Source of the DNA: Amoebophrya sp. A120
Taxonomy: Eukaryota; Protista; Dinoflagellata
Assembly (NCBI GenBank): GCA_905178155.1
Contig: CAJINV010000011.1
Location: forward strand, 3,009,144 to 3,073,143
Reading direction: 5' to 3'
Length of the DNA stretch: 64,000 bases
This document shows, piece by piece, positions 1-11,626 of this stretch (position 1 is its first letter; every line of letters begins with the position of its first letter). Position numbers and translations under genes: made by a program. Below the pieces are notes generated by a model that did no database searches, was not told the DNA's origin, and worked only from the letters and a program-made list of their open reading frames with translations.

Positions 1-1590
1 CGGGCACCGCAGGCGGGCGCGTTTGCGTTGCAGTCTAAAGGAGAGAGGAACCGCGCTCACGCAGATGCGAAGCGGCATCTCATACAGCCTGCCTCCGCAG
101 GCACTCCGCACGAGCGCGCTCCGCGCTCCTGTCTATTTTTGTCGCGACGAGCCATCCAGAAGATGCGCGCTTCTGATTCTTGCATAACATAGACCCAGTT
201 GGAGTCTTTTTTTCCGCGCCTCGAGCAGAGCATGCGAATTTTTTAAGTATGTTCTTGAGTATGTATTTCGTGTAGCCTTAACTTACCCAATACCCGAGCC
301 CCCCCCCGTTGCGGACGCGAGCCCGCCCATATTCAAAGCGCGCCGCCCGCCGCGCAGGCCCCCGGCCACCCGTCCCGTTTCGCTTTGCAGGCGTACGGGG
401 CCGCTCCAGATGGCCACTGCCCCCGACAACAGCACCCCCCGGGCGCCCGCGATGGGCTCCCGCGCCAACCTTTACTATCCCAGGGCCTGCTGTCGTCGAG
501 GCTCGCAATTTCGCTAAACAACGCAGCCACTATGCTCATGAGCATAGGTCTGACCCACATGATCAGGCTTGGGGGCCTGCAAACCCTATCGGACCGCAGG
601 CCCGCAATACCCGAGTGCGGGGCGCTCGTCTTGGGCTTGGTCGCCCTGCTCTTGAGCAGTTTGGGCACCTTGGCGACACTCGCGCGGCCCCAGATCGGCC
701 CCGGCCCTTACTCCCTTCCTCCGGGAAGCGCTGCGCGCGGGCGCGCTTTGGCCGCCGGCCTAGCTGCGGGCCCGCTGCGAAATTTTGCCGCCTCGCCCAG
801 CCCGTTCCTCGAGCTTGGTGGCCCGCGCGGCTTCGGCCCCGGGCGCGCCGCCCTGCTGCTCCGGCAGCGAGAGGACCCGCGCAACTATCAGCCTCGTCGG
901 TTTCTTCCCTGCGCCTTCACGCCGGCTTCTATTCACATCCATAAGCGCAAGGATGCGCCAATCGCCCGTATCTGGGACACGGCGAAGCACTGAACGATTT
1001 TACTCACTTCGACGCGCGCCACCTTTCCAAGGAGAGCCTGAACAACGTCACCCACTTCCAGCTTGGACCTCTGCCTGACGGAGCTTGTTTCATCTCTATG
1101 GCAGATATGAACAAGTGAAGAAAGTGCTACGCGGCTGAGTCAAAATTTTCCATCTTTCTGTGGAATTCGGTTCTGAGACTGGTTCTGCAAAGAGAAAGAA
1201 ATTTAGTGGCGGAAAGAGCCGACAACAGGCGAAGCGGCTACTGGTCATATTTGTGTATTGAGGTCTACAACAAAAACTGCACAAAACGCAGCGCTTTGCG
1301 ACATTGACGACGATCCAAAAATACAATGACTGCTCTTGGGAACTAGAGGTAATGGTTGCAAAGCATGCGGTTCTTTGTATAATCAGATGATAAACTTGGA
1401 GAAGCAGAAGTCGAAGTAGAGAGGTTTCAGCTTATTACAGCAAGAGGCACAGCACAAAAATGTCGTCAAAGGATAAGTTCGAGGTGTACTACTTACGGCA
1501 AGGAACCGGACTTACTGAGACGTGATTCTGGCGAGTAAGTGAAACAGAAAATCTTCAGTCTCCAAAAGCCACACTAACATCTCCGATCCC

Positions 1591-2582
1591 CTAGTCGCAA
1601 AAGCAGCACTTCTTCGGGGCTCCCCAGCTGGCGTCGACGGTCCAGAGGAAGCGGTTGGGCGGTCCGATCTGCTTTTCCGTGACCTCGTAGCCGTGGCGCA
1701 AAAAGTACGCCACCACGTCGCGCTTGCACTTTTCGCGGTTTTGCACAAAGGCCTCGATCTCGTGGTCTTCCAGCTCCAGCTCGCCGCACAGGTTCCGGTA
1801 GCTCTGCAGGTCCGACTCCGGCTGGATCCGCGCGGAGCACTGCCCGCGTTCCTTGGCGTAGCGGATCCGCAGGTTCATCAGATCCACCATGTCCTTAAAG
1901 GCCCGCACGCGTGCCTGGTACGCCCGGCAGGCCTTCTGCGGATCTTCGGTGGTCACGATACCGCTACTCCCGCGGTGCTGCTGGTGCACCACGTTAACCT
2001 GCGGCTGCGGCATTTGCTGTTGACCCCCGACGTTGATGTGCATGGTCATCGGCAAAGGCTGCTGCTGCTGCTGTGCCTGGTGTTGCTGCACGCCCTGGTG
2101 CTGTGGCACCATGTTGTTGTTCATCATCTGCGGTTGCATGCATGGCTGTTGCTGCATCGGAAACGGCTGTTGCGCGCCGTACGGCGGCTGCATGCCCTGC
2201 TGGTACATCTGCTGGTGCTGCGGCGGCTATCAAAAAGAAAAGAAGGTAGCATGATCCTCGCGTATTTGTGCTGGTGCAAAACACAACAAGACAAATGAAA
2301 ACAAAACTCCCTTGCATAGACATGCACAGCAGAACGCTGCCGCTGGGCTTTGCTGGGCCCATCCATGACAAGGATTGTGATCATCTACTTGTTTTTGCAC
2401 CACAAGTTGAACGATATGCTACTTATGCTACCTACATCTCTGTCTCGTAGCGTCGGGATCTGATTCATCGCCGGGTTCATCGCGGGCGGGTTCGCATTCG
2501 GATCCGTCTGATAGGGAAACGCGCTCGTGGCCGGAGGCGCAGTTCCCCCGTAGTACGGGTTGCCCGTCGCACTCGGGTACAT
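1591..2582 (-). CDS. Gln/Pro-rich hypothetical protein, probably 2 exons, C-terminal KKCCFCD
   Basis: ORF 1591..2208 (205 aa) preceded by a pyrimidine-rich ...TTTGATAG acceptor near 2229. Probable upstream exon MYPSATGNPYYGG... in ORF 2385..2645. Start and donor uncertain. Confidence 0.6.
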
Positions 2583-3526
2583 TTCCCTGGACACGCCGCT
2601 GGGTGTTCTTGTAGTTCTTGGCTCGGTCGACAGCTTCGGAAGCAACTTTCTTTGCTTTTCAAAATCTCGCTCACTCAGAGTTGAGTACTGAATGAAAGTC
2701 TAACAAGTTGTGTACAGAGTTTCAGAATCTACTGATGAAAGTCTAAGTTGTAGGTGCAAATTGTAAAAGTAATGATAACTACGTCGTGTGAGAAAATGTA
2801 CGCGAATATGCCCGACAAAGCACACTCTAGAGGGACAACACTATCACTATTTTCAAAACTGAAGAATGTTTTCGAATCCGTTTCACACTGTTCCAGTGAC
2901 TTTTTCGTCACAGAAACGATGAGGCACAGTCATAACACTACGTCAAAGAAATCACAATCTTCGGATGGAAGTGGAACGAATGGTGAAGTTTGCACATGGA
3001 GAACGCTTGTGTCTGTTTCGTGCTCCTTCTCGGCACATGCGAGCTAGAAATATCGAGGATCCGCAGACGTGGTGCAAGACACGCACACTGCTTGTATTGT
3101 GTCCAAGTGCGCTTGGCTTTAAAGCGGGGCTGCCACGCTAAAATACTCGAACTAAGAAAACGCTGCTTCTTGACAAACACGGCTCGTCACACTGCCCACA
3201 GCTGCAAGGCTCCTACATATGATCTTGATCTTCATCTTCGTTCAGTGGCAAATGTTTGGCCGCCTTACATGAACAATTGTCAACTCTATCTTTGAGTGGT
3301 CCGCCGTGTCGACGTGTGTCCCAAGATCAAAAACGGACAACAATACGCGCACATTTGGATTAACTTTGTGCCTTCTTGGAAACATCAATGTGCTTGCGTG
3401 CTGCAACGAACACCTACAGCTCCCCGAGATCGAGAAATTGGCGTGAATATTAGATATGGTTAAAGATGGGAATCCATGCATCAGAAAGTCACATTAAACC
3501 GCTCCTCATCTTCCACGATTCCCACC

Positions 3527-6500
3527 TCACAACCCCCCAGCACTTCCTCGCCCCCGGAGCAACTCTTGCAGCGGCGTGCCGAAGAATTCTCCCACATGCG
3601 AGCCATTATGGATTGCAAAAATATCTGGGTCTGGAAAAATGCAACGTCTGTCATGCATATTTTGCATGACCCATGAAGTCTGTGATGCATGCTCTAGCAT
3701 CACATATTTTGTAAATGCTTTCTGATGCCCATACAGCATGAGAAATTCCCTCTCCGCGTAGCGAAAACTGGACCCCTTTTGCTGTTCATGCAAAACAGAT
3801 TTTTTGGGAATCCAAAAACAGCACCACAATCTGTCGAAGATATTTCTATACTTTTCCCTCTATCTCTCTACCCCTACTGCCACCTCTACTCTCTAATTTT
3901 GTACTTCGAACAACTTACGTAAACCGAAAGCAAAGTGCCTGGCTTAAGTTACCACTGCTGCTATTTTTCGTACCCTGTGGTCGTTGCCTGTAGCAAGCGA
4001 CGAGCTTCATTAACATTGGCATGCTCGCGGGTCGTGCTGTGAAACCACTCGTAAAAATCAAAAAAAAAAACTTTCTCTGCAAAACAAAAACGGAGCTGCG
4101 CGCGCACTAGAGATCGAAAAGGCAGCATATGCGTGTTTTTACATCCGGACCAGGCGAGACGTGCAAACGATCATACCGCGCTAAGTGCAACGGCGTTGCG
4201 AAAGCGCAAGAGATCGAAAAAAGTTAGGTCAGAAGAGATCGAGCACGTGTTTTCCATCGGGACAAGGCGCGACGTACGTCTGAGAAAGATACAAACGAGT
4301 GTTAGCCCGGGGAGTTAATGACTACTACTAAAAAACGGTCGTCGATGGTCCTAGAAAACGAACCTTTTTACATCGGGACAAGGCGAGACGTATAGATTGA
4401 GAATACCGTGCTAAGTGCAAAACAGCACGAGTGAGAGATCTTGCAAAGGCCACCAGAGATCGAAAAAAGTTAGATTAGAAGCGGGACCAGGCGAGACGTG
4501 TGTCTGAAAAAAAGTTCTACCAAACAGCTAAGAACGAGCTTTAGTGTGGGGAGATATATAATAATTGTCACTACGAAAACGCCCACATCTCATGTGACTC
4601 GCTCTTTTTGAAAAAAACACAAACTCAAAAACCACTTGAACCAAGGCTCCACTACTTCTCGCGAAACGCCGTTAATGGGGTGAAAAAAAACTCGTCGCCG
4701 GGGGAAGGTGCGTTGATCAGGCTACTTTTATAGCATTTTCGGAGTTTTCGGGAATTCTTGCTCTTGCTCAGTCCGCTGCTTCCCGCCCTGCGTCGATGCG
4801 AAGCCCAGCTTCATAACACAGGCGGCCGTATTCAATTCCCCGCCGCGCAGCACTCGTGCTGTAGGATTCTATTGGGATTTGCACTTTTTGCGGCATTGCT
4901 GTCGTTGAAGTTCCGAAATAGCTCTGTGACCAGTTTACTCCTACGTATTCCCGGTCCTTCGTTGTGTCGTTCAGTGTGCAGCCAGGGTAGAAGTCGCGCC
5001 GGAGTGGCTCCACTTCCTGGCCCCGCGGTACTAGTCGCGTCATCCCGAGGTCGTCGATGTACCGCTTGTGGAAGAGGATCCGGCCGGTGTAGGTGCGATC
5101 AATGCGGCCGCCCATTTCCTGCACTATCCCGAAGCAGTTCGAGATCTCCACCATGAGCGGCGGGCCCATCGGTCCCCCGCCAGTTTGTCGAACTACCCTG
5201 CCCATCACCCTGCACACGGAAAACTTCGCGTCGATCTTCGGGCTGCGTGTGATGACGTCCGCGCGAAGGTGCCAGCACTCTTTTCCGTCTGGCTTTTTCT
5301 TGAGAAATCTGATCCCCCTTCTTGGTTTCGCGATGCTGCGCGCCATCATCGACTTCGTCTGTATCTTGTCGTTGTAAAGTTTCCCGATCCGCTTCCGCGC
5401 GTGCTCTGCCTTGTGCATTTCCACCCGCTTCAGGTGCGGACTAGTCTTCTCAACCGCAAAACACCGAACGCCGCATCTCGTATAGTCGTTTGCCCGTCGT
5501 TCTACCAGTTCAATTGCTTCTGCAACGTTGCACCGCGTGAAGAAGTCCTTCAGGTCCCCTGTCTCGAAGAGTAGGACCCAATTGGCCTTTTCGTCTGGTG
5601 TGAGTGCGTTCCAGACGCGGTTGCAATCCTCCAGAGCTTCTATCACCTCCTGCTGTGTTGCGAAGAGAAACTTGCTGCACTCCGGTGCCATGACTCTACG
5701 GATCACGCGCGCGACCTGCCGGAACCAATCCCGGTAAACATGCTTGAAGTAGGACGTGATTGGTCTGTATGCTACTGCAGCCCCGGGTAGCTCTTCCAAT
5801 GCAAAGTCCCTCTTGCCGTCTTGTTCCATCGCTTTGAACATTTTGGCCGTCAGCATTATTTTCAGGAACGGCCAGCGGTGGTTGCGTTTGCAGAAGATGT
5901 GGCTCAAAGGTTTTCCGCCCCTCCGCCTGTCCTTGTTTTCGTCAGAGAGCGCAAAAAACTCTTTGCTTTCGTCGTAGTTTTCTAGCCCTTTCCAACCGCG
6001 GATCATTTCGTAATCGTTTTCGATGTGCTTGAGGAGGCAGTGCGCGATTACGTTGTGGCATGCGAAGAAGATAGACCGCGACTTGTCAACCTCCCCCACG
6101 TACAGATGCTGAGCTAATTGCCTGGCGACGTCCGTAATGTCATCCTGCGTGGCATAAGACTTCTTCTTTTCCCATGCTGTGGACCGGGCAGAAACTAACA
6201 CATCCGCCACCTCGTTCCCTGTCTTCAGCACCCCGCTCTGCTTTTGCCACTGTTTCCGCGCTTTCGTAACGCACTGCACTACTTCTCTTCGGGTCGGTGC
6301 GAGCGTGCCAATGCGATTCCAGTTCCCTATCTCTCTGCCCCCGATGCTAACAAGCGAGAAACCAGACGTGGCGGGCTCGCAGACAGTGTGTCCGTCGATC
6401 GTGGTCAGGTCGGGATACTCGTTCTTCAGGAATTCGCGCGCGCAGTGCATGCCTTGCCCTTGTCGTAGTCTGTGCGCGGCCTGGTCGTGGAAGTGCTTCA

Positions 6501-8012
6501 AGTTTGTTCCTAGTACATCCAGCACCTTCCTCGCCCTAGTTCTCTTGACTCGTAGTACCCGTACTGGCCCGCGTAGTTCCTGGTCCACCGTGAGCGAAAG
6601 GGCGAAGTATCTCCGCACGCTATTGAGGAAGGCCGGGCTGAGATCGTTGACTTTGATTGTTGTTACAACTACTTGCCTCCCCTGTGCGTAGTGCTGGAAG
6701 TTGCTGTTGAAGATGTAGCACTTGCCGGGGTCAAGAAGCTGCTTCGCTTTTTGCTGGAAGGCCTGCGCAGTTCGTGGCTGCATCGCGCGTATCTTGTCCT
6801 GGGTTGCCTTACTGGTCCCCAACCTCTTCGACATAGCCAACATGATGCGCGTGTGCTCATTGGTGGTCTGGTCCAGGTTCCTGGCCTGCAGGAGTTGGAA
6901 AGCGTGTCGCGGTGCTGCGCTGGAGACGCCGTTGCTGCCGGTCCTTGTAGACTTGAACGCCTTGTGCTCCCGCCGTGTGATCACATACGTCTTCCGGATG
7001 TTTGCGACCTTCTTGCAGAATTCGCCCGCTATCTTCCCCTGCGAGTTTGCGCTTGCGTTAAACCAGTTGATGAGCACCAGCTCTGCGGCGTCTAGGTTCG
7101 TCCGATTCTTGACTGGTGAAACCATGAGGCGGAAAACGACCCAGCTGCAAACGCCATCTCGATGGAAGGAACCCTGCAGGAATCCCTTTCGTGTTTCATC
7201 TGCAACGCCGGCCCAGTGTGTTTCCGTGCGCTCGTACTTCGTGCAAATGGATCTCCCTACATACAGCTTGCGCATCACAAGTTACCAACCTCCAGACCCA
7301 GACATTTTTACATTTGATACCCATCCGGCATTTGCAAATCCAACAGTCCCTCCAACTTCTTCACAGCGGCCGGCAGTTTTTCAGGCTCGTCGAACGACCC
7401 TCCCAAAGGACAGCCCTCTAAGTGCAGCGTCGTCAGCGTCCTCGGAAGCTCGGTTGGAAAGTCCTCGGCAACGAGGGGGCAGCGATCTACGCGGAGACTC
7501 GCCAGTTTATTTTCCGGGAGGGCTGGAAGAATTTGTAGGTTCGTGTCGTGTACCGACAGCTGTTCTAGCTCTTTCAAGTTCGCCAGACTCGGCAACGCTT
7601 TGAACTGATTCTTGCTGGAGGACGAGTTTTGTGCGTCTACCCCTCCGAGAAAGAGGCACTTCAGGCCGGTCAAGCGCGACACACTTTCGGGCAACGCGAG
7701 AAGACCGCACCCACTCAAATCCAGCTCCTGCAACGTATGGAACTCAAGCGGAAAGTCAGGAAGGTTCCCTTCCGGCGACGGCGTCAGGGGAAAGAGATCG
7801 CAGAGAATCAACGTGGTTGGGAGATGAAGATGATCTGCACTACCACTATTGCTGTCCCATTCCTTTCCCGCAGATCCTTCAGCTCCGAGCGGGCCCGTGA
7901 GCATGCTGCCGCTGCGAGCTCGGGCTACTAGCGGCTGCCAAGCCAAGAGTTCCGCACTTCTGGCGGGACTATGGCCGCTCGCATTTTCGACGGCGGGGCT
8001 TGCGGTCGTCAT
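3527..8012 (-). CDS. Leucine-rich repeat protein, two exons (8012-7321 and 3602-3527) split by a 3.7-kb element
   Basis: LRR motifs LQELDLSGCGLLALPESVSRLTGLKCLFL and LKELEQLSVHDTNLQILP. Removing 3603-7320 joins LLDLQMPDG to SHVGEFFGTPLQELLRG in frame. Confidence 0.8.
3830..7271 (-). mobile_element. Penelope-like retroelement (N-terminal endonuclease type), apparently 5'-truncated
   Basis: Contains the RT ORF plus ~0.9 kb of repeat-rich 3' sequence. Flanked by GCACCACAA (3821-3829) and GCATCACAA (7272-7280). Confidence 0.8.
4110..4570. repeat. Imperfect tandem direct repeats (~230 bp x2) downstream of the RT ORF
   Basis: Core GGAC(C/A)AGGCG(A/C)GACGT four times (~4147, 4260, 4376, 4484). ATACCG(C/T)GCTAAGTGCAA twice and AGAGATCGAAAAAAGTTAG twice. 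Confidence 0.75.
4768..7275 (-). CDS. Partial GIY-YIG endonuclease + Penelope-type reverse transcriptase
   Basis: ~835 codons without a stop. N-terminal LYVGRS..ERTETH..AELVLINWFNASAN is GIY-YIG-like but lacks the first GIY motif. RT motifs: VDKS, YRPITS, TGDLKDFFT (A), QTGGGPMGPPLMVEISN (B), RYIDDL (C), EYVGV (E). Confidence 0.85.
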   Translation of the reverse strand: MRKLYVGRSICTKYERTETHWAGVADETRKGFLQGSFHRDGVCSWVVFRLMVSPVKNRTNLDAAELVLINWFNASANSQGKIAGEFCKKVANIRKTYVITRREHKAFKSTRTGSNGVSSAAPRHAFQLLQARNLDQTTNEHTRIMLAMSKRLGTSKATQDKIRAMQPRTAQAFQQKAKQLLDPGKCYIFNSNFQHYAQGRQVVVTTIKVNDLSPAFLNSVRRYFALSLTVDQELRGPVRVLRVKRTRARKVLDVLGTNLKHFHDQAAHRLRQGQGMHCAREFLKNEYPDLTTIDGHTVCEPATSGFSLVSIGGREIGNWNRIGTLAPTRREVVQCVTKARKQWQKQSGVLKTGNEVADVLVSARSTAWEKKKSYATQDDITDVARQLAQHLYVGEVDKSRSIFFACHNVIAHCLLKHIENDYEMIRGWKGLENYDESKEFFALSDENKDRRRGGKPLSHIFCKRNHRWPFLKIMLTAKMFKAMEQDGKRDFALEELPGAAVAYRPITSYFKHVYRDWFRQVARVIRRVMAPECSKFLFATQQEVIEALEDCNRVWNALTPDEKANWVLLFETGDLKDFFTRCNVAEAIELVERRANDYTRCGVRCFAVEKTSPHLKRVEMHKAEHARKRIGKLYNDKIQTKSMMARSIAKPRRGIRFLKKKPDGKECWHLRADVITRSPKIDAKFSVCRVMGRVVRQTGGGPMGPPLMVEISNCFGIVQEMGGRIDRTYTGRILFHKRYIDDLGMTRLVPRGQEVEPLRRDFYPGCTLNDTTKDREYVGVNWSQSYFGTSTTAMPQKVQIPIESYSTSAARRGIEYGRLCYEAGLRIDAGREAAD

Positions 8013-8443
8013 GATTGACGGAGTTTTAGTTTTTCGAGGTCGACGCTATACCTAGACGGTGAGAAAATGAAAATGGCTTTTGTCGAGAGGAAAATATCTG
8101 TATATAACGAGCAACGTCATAAAGAGCTATTCGCAAAGGTTCGGCTTCGTGACTGACTCAGAGAGGAGCATTTTGTGTCACATTCGAATTTCATCTAGAC
8201 GAGGTCACGCATCTTCACATTTCGTGCTGCATGTTGCGGTGCTAGAATAAGGATCCTATCTCGAATAAAACTCTTTGAAGCACGAATCGCGGACCAGATC
8301 AAGAAGATCTCGCAAGGAACGCTAAGAAAATCTGATCTTCGTTCACTGACTTCGACTCCTTCTTCTACCAAATAGAAATAATTAGACGAGTTCGAATTTC
8401 CATCCGACTCACAATGTGCCTATACCTAGTAGACGCAATGAGT

Positions 8444-9496
8444 TCATCCATCGTCTTGGTCCACCCGCAGCAAAGTCATGGTCATCGAGGGGAACCAGAA
8501 GGTTTCCGCCCCACTCTCTGGGTCCCGGTCCACCCAACACAGCTGCTCGCGCACGAAAAACCGCAACACCTTTTCCACGCGACTGGGGGACCACAGCTGA
8601 AACCTCTCGTCGCGCAGAAACGCGTCCCGCGGCAGCACCCCGGCTTCACGCCCTGCAAATTCCAGCACCAAGTTTTGGTCCGTGTCGAGCTCCTCGGGCA
8701 CGGACGACACCACGCGGACGTCATTCGCCAACCGCTTCACGGTCACGCCGGAACCGAAGGACGTTTCTAGCAGCTCCACCGCCATGAGAACATCCTTTTC
8801 CGTTATTTCAGTGGTTGCGGGACGAGGTCCTTCTTGCGACGCCGAACTTGGTTGTGAGAGCTGTTCTTCTGCAGCTGCTACATGTGAAGATGCTCTTGTT
8901 TGCGAAGAAGTTGTAGTAGAACAAGCCCCCGTGTTGCTCTCAATAGCCGCGTTGTTCCTCCCGCCGTTTAAAATTTGCAGCAGCTCAGTGAGCAGTAGGA
9001 GTCCCCCGTTTTGTTTTCGCGTGGTCAAACAGGTGGTCATCACCCGGACGGCCAAATCCGCGTAAAAGGCTCGTTGCGAGCGCGCTCGCCTCGCCACGGC
9101 CTCTTGCTCTTTTTTCTCTAGTACTTGCGCGCTCGAGCTGCCGCGACTTGCCGTTGTTCCGAGAAGTTTTTGCAGAAAAGCCCCCACGCCGCGGCGCTGC
9201 CGCTGTTCGTCATCAGCTTCATCTTCGCCGGGCCAGCTGCTAAACGCGAGCGGGTCCACGCCGATTGCGAGGCACATGTCGGTAAAATCTTTCCGGAGCT
9301 TCGGATCCGTGTTGATTTTGTCGCGGTACGTACTCGCGAACGCGGAAAGCTGCGTACGAAACGTTTTGCACAACTCCTTCGCCGCGTCCACCTTCATGGC
9401 AAGAATTTCCTCACCCAGCCCGGCCATCTGTAGTTTCCGCTCGCGCTCCTTTAACAAGGCGGCCTTGCCACCCGGGCCCACCATCCCACGCCGCAT
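8444..9496 (-). CDS. SNF8: ESCRT-II subunit Vps22/SNF8 (EAP30 family)
   Basis: MRRGMVG start, FRTQLSAFASTYRDKINTDPKLRKDFTDMCLAIGVDPLA, FYADLAVRV..CLTTRKQNGGL, SVPEELDTDQ, WVD..FWFPS. Confidence 0.9.
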   Translation of the reverse strand: MRRGMVGPGGKAALLKERERKLQMAGLGEEILAMKVDAAKELCKTFRTQLSAFASTYRDKINTDPKLRKDFTDMCLAIGVDPLAFSSWPGEDEADDEQRQRRGVGAFLQKLLGTTASRGSSSAQVLEKKEQEAVARRARSQRAFYADLAVRVMTTCLTTRKQNGGLLLLTELLQILNGGRNNAAIESNTGACSTTTSSQTRASSHVAAAEEQLSQPSSASQEGPRPATTEITEKDVLMAVELLETSFGSGVTVKRLANDVRVVSSVPEELDTDQNLVLEFAGREAGVLPRDAFLRDERFQLWSPSRVEKVLRFFVREQLCWVDRDPESGAETFWFPSMTMTLLRVDQDDG

Positions 9497-10144
9497 CTTT
9501 ACCTTGTTGGTGTTCTTTTTTCGCCACGGGCGGTATCAAAAAGTCGTGGAGGAGTAGCGTTTATCTTTTTCCTATTGAGCTTTATTTCGTTCTACATTTC
9601 ACAATTTCATGAGAGATGTTGACAGGAGACGAATATAGTACAGAGCTTGCATTCCTTCGAGACGAGAGCGAAGAGGATACTTTAGAAGAAAGTTGCTTTG
9701 GCTTCGTGGTTGTGATTTCGTTTCAATGATACATAGAACTGTAAAGAAGCTCTCCATCAGTTGTAAGTGACGCAGCTTGATCTTCGTCTTTATCTATCAT
9801 GATCCAGGCTAATTACACGAGCTACTTGTTCGAGCATCATGATCCGAGCAGATGTGAGAGGAAAGCGTGCTTCACAAATGTTCTGTCGGTTTTTTTCCAC
9901 AGGGATCGTCTTAGCAACCACACTTCACAGACGCGGGAGGAACATAGGTACATCGGCACCGTACACGATGAAGAACATCCACCGCTCTAAGCCCGCTTTG
10001 ACTTACTGTCACACTAAGTCACTTTCCGTGGACATCAAAGCAGTGCTGCCACATCCTTGACGAAATGGTACTTAAAGAACGAAGGTCCTGGGGGTGCTCA
10101 GAAGTTTAAGTTTTGTCATACAACAACATTGCTTCTTTTTGTCG

Positions 10145-11098
10145 TCAGTCGAAAGGCTCTTTTCCCGCTTGCAAATTCAGGAGCACGACGCGCGTCCATT
10201 TCTGCAGCGTTTCCAAGCAGTCACGGTAATCGGTTATCGGGCCGTTGTACGGGTCGCTAATGTCGTCCGAATTATCCGCGAGCAGAAACACCTTCGCCCG
10301 GCCGTCGAACGCCGCCGGACCGAGCAGGGCGAGCAGCGCCTCCCGGTGCTGGCGGGTCATGCAGAAGTAGTAGGTCTGGCTGACATTTCCTGGCTCGACG
10401 AGCAGGTGTGGCGGCGAGCTTTTGAGGTCCGTGGGCCGGTGTTTTTCCAGGTCCGGGTTCGGGATGGGAAAACCCGCGATCTCTCCCAGCGCCTGCAGCG
10501 CCGTCGGGTGCGGGACGCTTTCTCGCAGGCTGGTGCCCCGGGAGCACAGGTGCCAATGTTTCGTTTTTGCTCGGACGGCTTCATCACTGGATGCCACAAG
10601 GAACGCCTTCGCCACGTACTCGGCCATAAAAGAGCGGCACGTGTTGCCCGTGCAGACAAAGCACACCCGCAGTGCCGGCGGTGGGGCACCAGTCGTGTCA
10701 TTGCCGCTGCTGGAGGCTGCCATTTTTGTTTTCGTCGAGCGAAAGGTAGAAGAAAAATTCGGCTCTTCTTTTGACCCTGCATGGTCGGTGGCAGAGGAAG
10801 TTGCAGTATTTTTAGTAGCACCTTTATTTTTTGTATCAAAACCGGCGCGGCGGTGGGCACTGCCGTCAGCTGCTGGAATTACGCCGGTACTGCGCCACCT
10901 GTGTTCCTGCACTAGCTCGCCTGGCTCGAGGCCGACTGCCGATGAGGCTCTCTCTTTGGCAGAAAGGTGCTGTTTCAGTCGGAGTTCAAAGTCTTTCACC
11001 TTCGTCTCTGAGTAGGTGTCGACCACAGCACCCTCCGCGCCTTCAACAGTGCGCCTCTCAATACTCACCCCTCGCTCTACGCTCACGCGCAGGAGCAT
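10145..11098 (-). CDS. Low-molecular-weight protein tyrosine/arginine phosphatase family
   Basis: P-loop VCFVCTGNTCRSFMAE and acid loop DISDPY. Confidence 0.9.
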   Translation of the reverse strand: MLLRVSVERGVSIERRTVEGAEGAVVDTYSETKVKDFELRLKQHLSAKERASSAVGLEPGELVQEHRWRSTGVIPAADGSAHRRAGFDTKNKGATKNTATSSATDHAGSKEEPNFSSTFRSTKTKMAASSSGNDTTGAPPPALRVCFVCTGNTCRSFMAEYVAKAFLVASSDEAVRAKTKHWHLCSRGTSLRESVPHPTALQALGEIAGFPIPNPDLEKHRPTDLKSSPPHLLVEPGNVSQTYYFCMTRQHREALLALLGPAAFDGRAKVFLLADNSDDISDPYNGPITDYRDCLETLQKWTRVVLLNLQAGKEPFD

Positions 11099-11626
11099 TA
11101 TTGTTTTGTAAGGTCTTTAGACAAAGATAGTATGGAGGAAATGGCCGACGTGTGGTGAGCTAGTGTTGGCGTCGGCTTGGCGTAGCAAGCAAAAGGAATA
11201 CAGACATTTAGATTGGAAACCAGAATAATTCTTTAGAGACAGGGGTTCGGAGTCCTGCAAAAAGGGTTTTGGCACAACGACCTTGTGCGAACTTTACTCA
11301 AGATGTTGAAGGAACTTGAAAGACAATCTCTCATCCCTTTCAACCTTCGCGTATCAATCTTCTTCTTCAGTACAGAATGCTACTTCGTGCTTGCGTTCTG
11401 TACACCACCAGTAGCTCAAGTTCTTGCTCTGTGTCATTAGATTTATCTTTGCCAGAAAATAAAAACGACTGAGATTTGTGTTTTGTTCTGCAACAACTAT
11501 GCAAGAAGAAAACCGACGGCTCTAGTGCGCTCCTCCTCTTGCTGCCCTCTCGTCGTCCTTGAGGCTTTTCTTTCTATCTTGCATGGGCTGCGCGTCGAAA
11601 AAAACTACTCCCGAAGAAACAATTCT

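Larger units (their letters stand above)
3607..7319. mobile_element. Family-A TIR introner carrying a nested retroelement
   Basis: Left end TATGGATTGCAAAAATATCTGGGTCTGGAA at 3607; right end TCCAGACCCAGACATTTTTACATTTGATA ending 7319; TSD GCCAT/CCCAT. Without the nested insert it is ~262 bp, like its siblings. Confidence 0.9.

Noticed and set aside
1-1078. GC-rich ORFs 309..944 and 385..993 on the plus strand
   Set aside because: No recognisable domain. Composition resembles the non-coding core of the foldback element, so it may be a repeat cut by the window edge, but no boundaries can be supported.
4768-7278. Group II intron, retron, DGR or telomerase RT
   Set aside because: YIDD with Q..G.PMG, an upstream DK motif and a GIY-YIG-like N-terminus fit Penelope-like elements. 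No YADD or group II intron termini were seen, and the boundaries are TIR/TSD.
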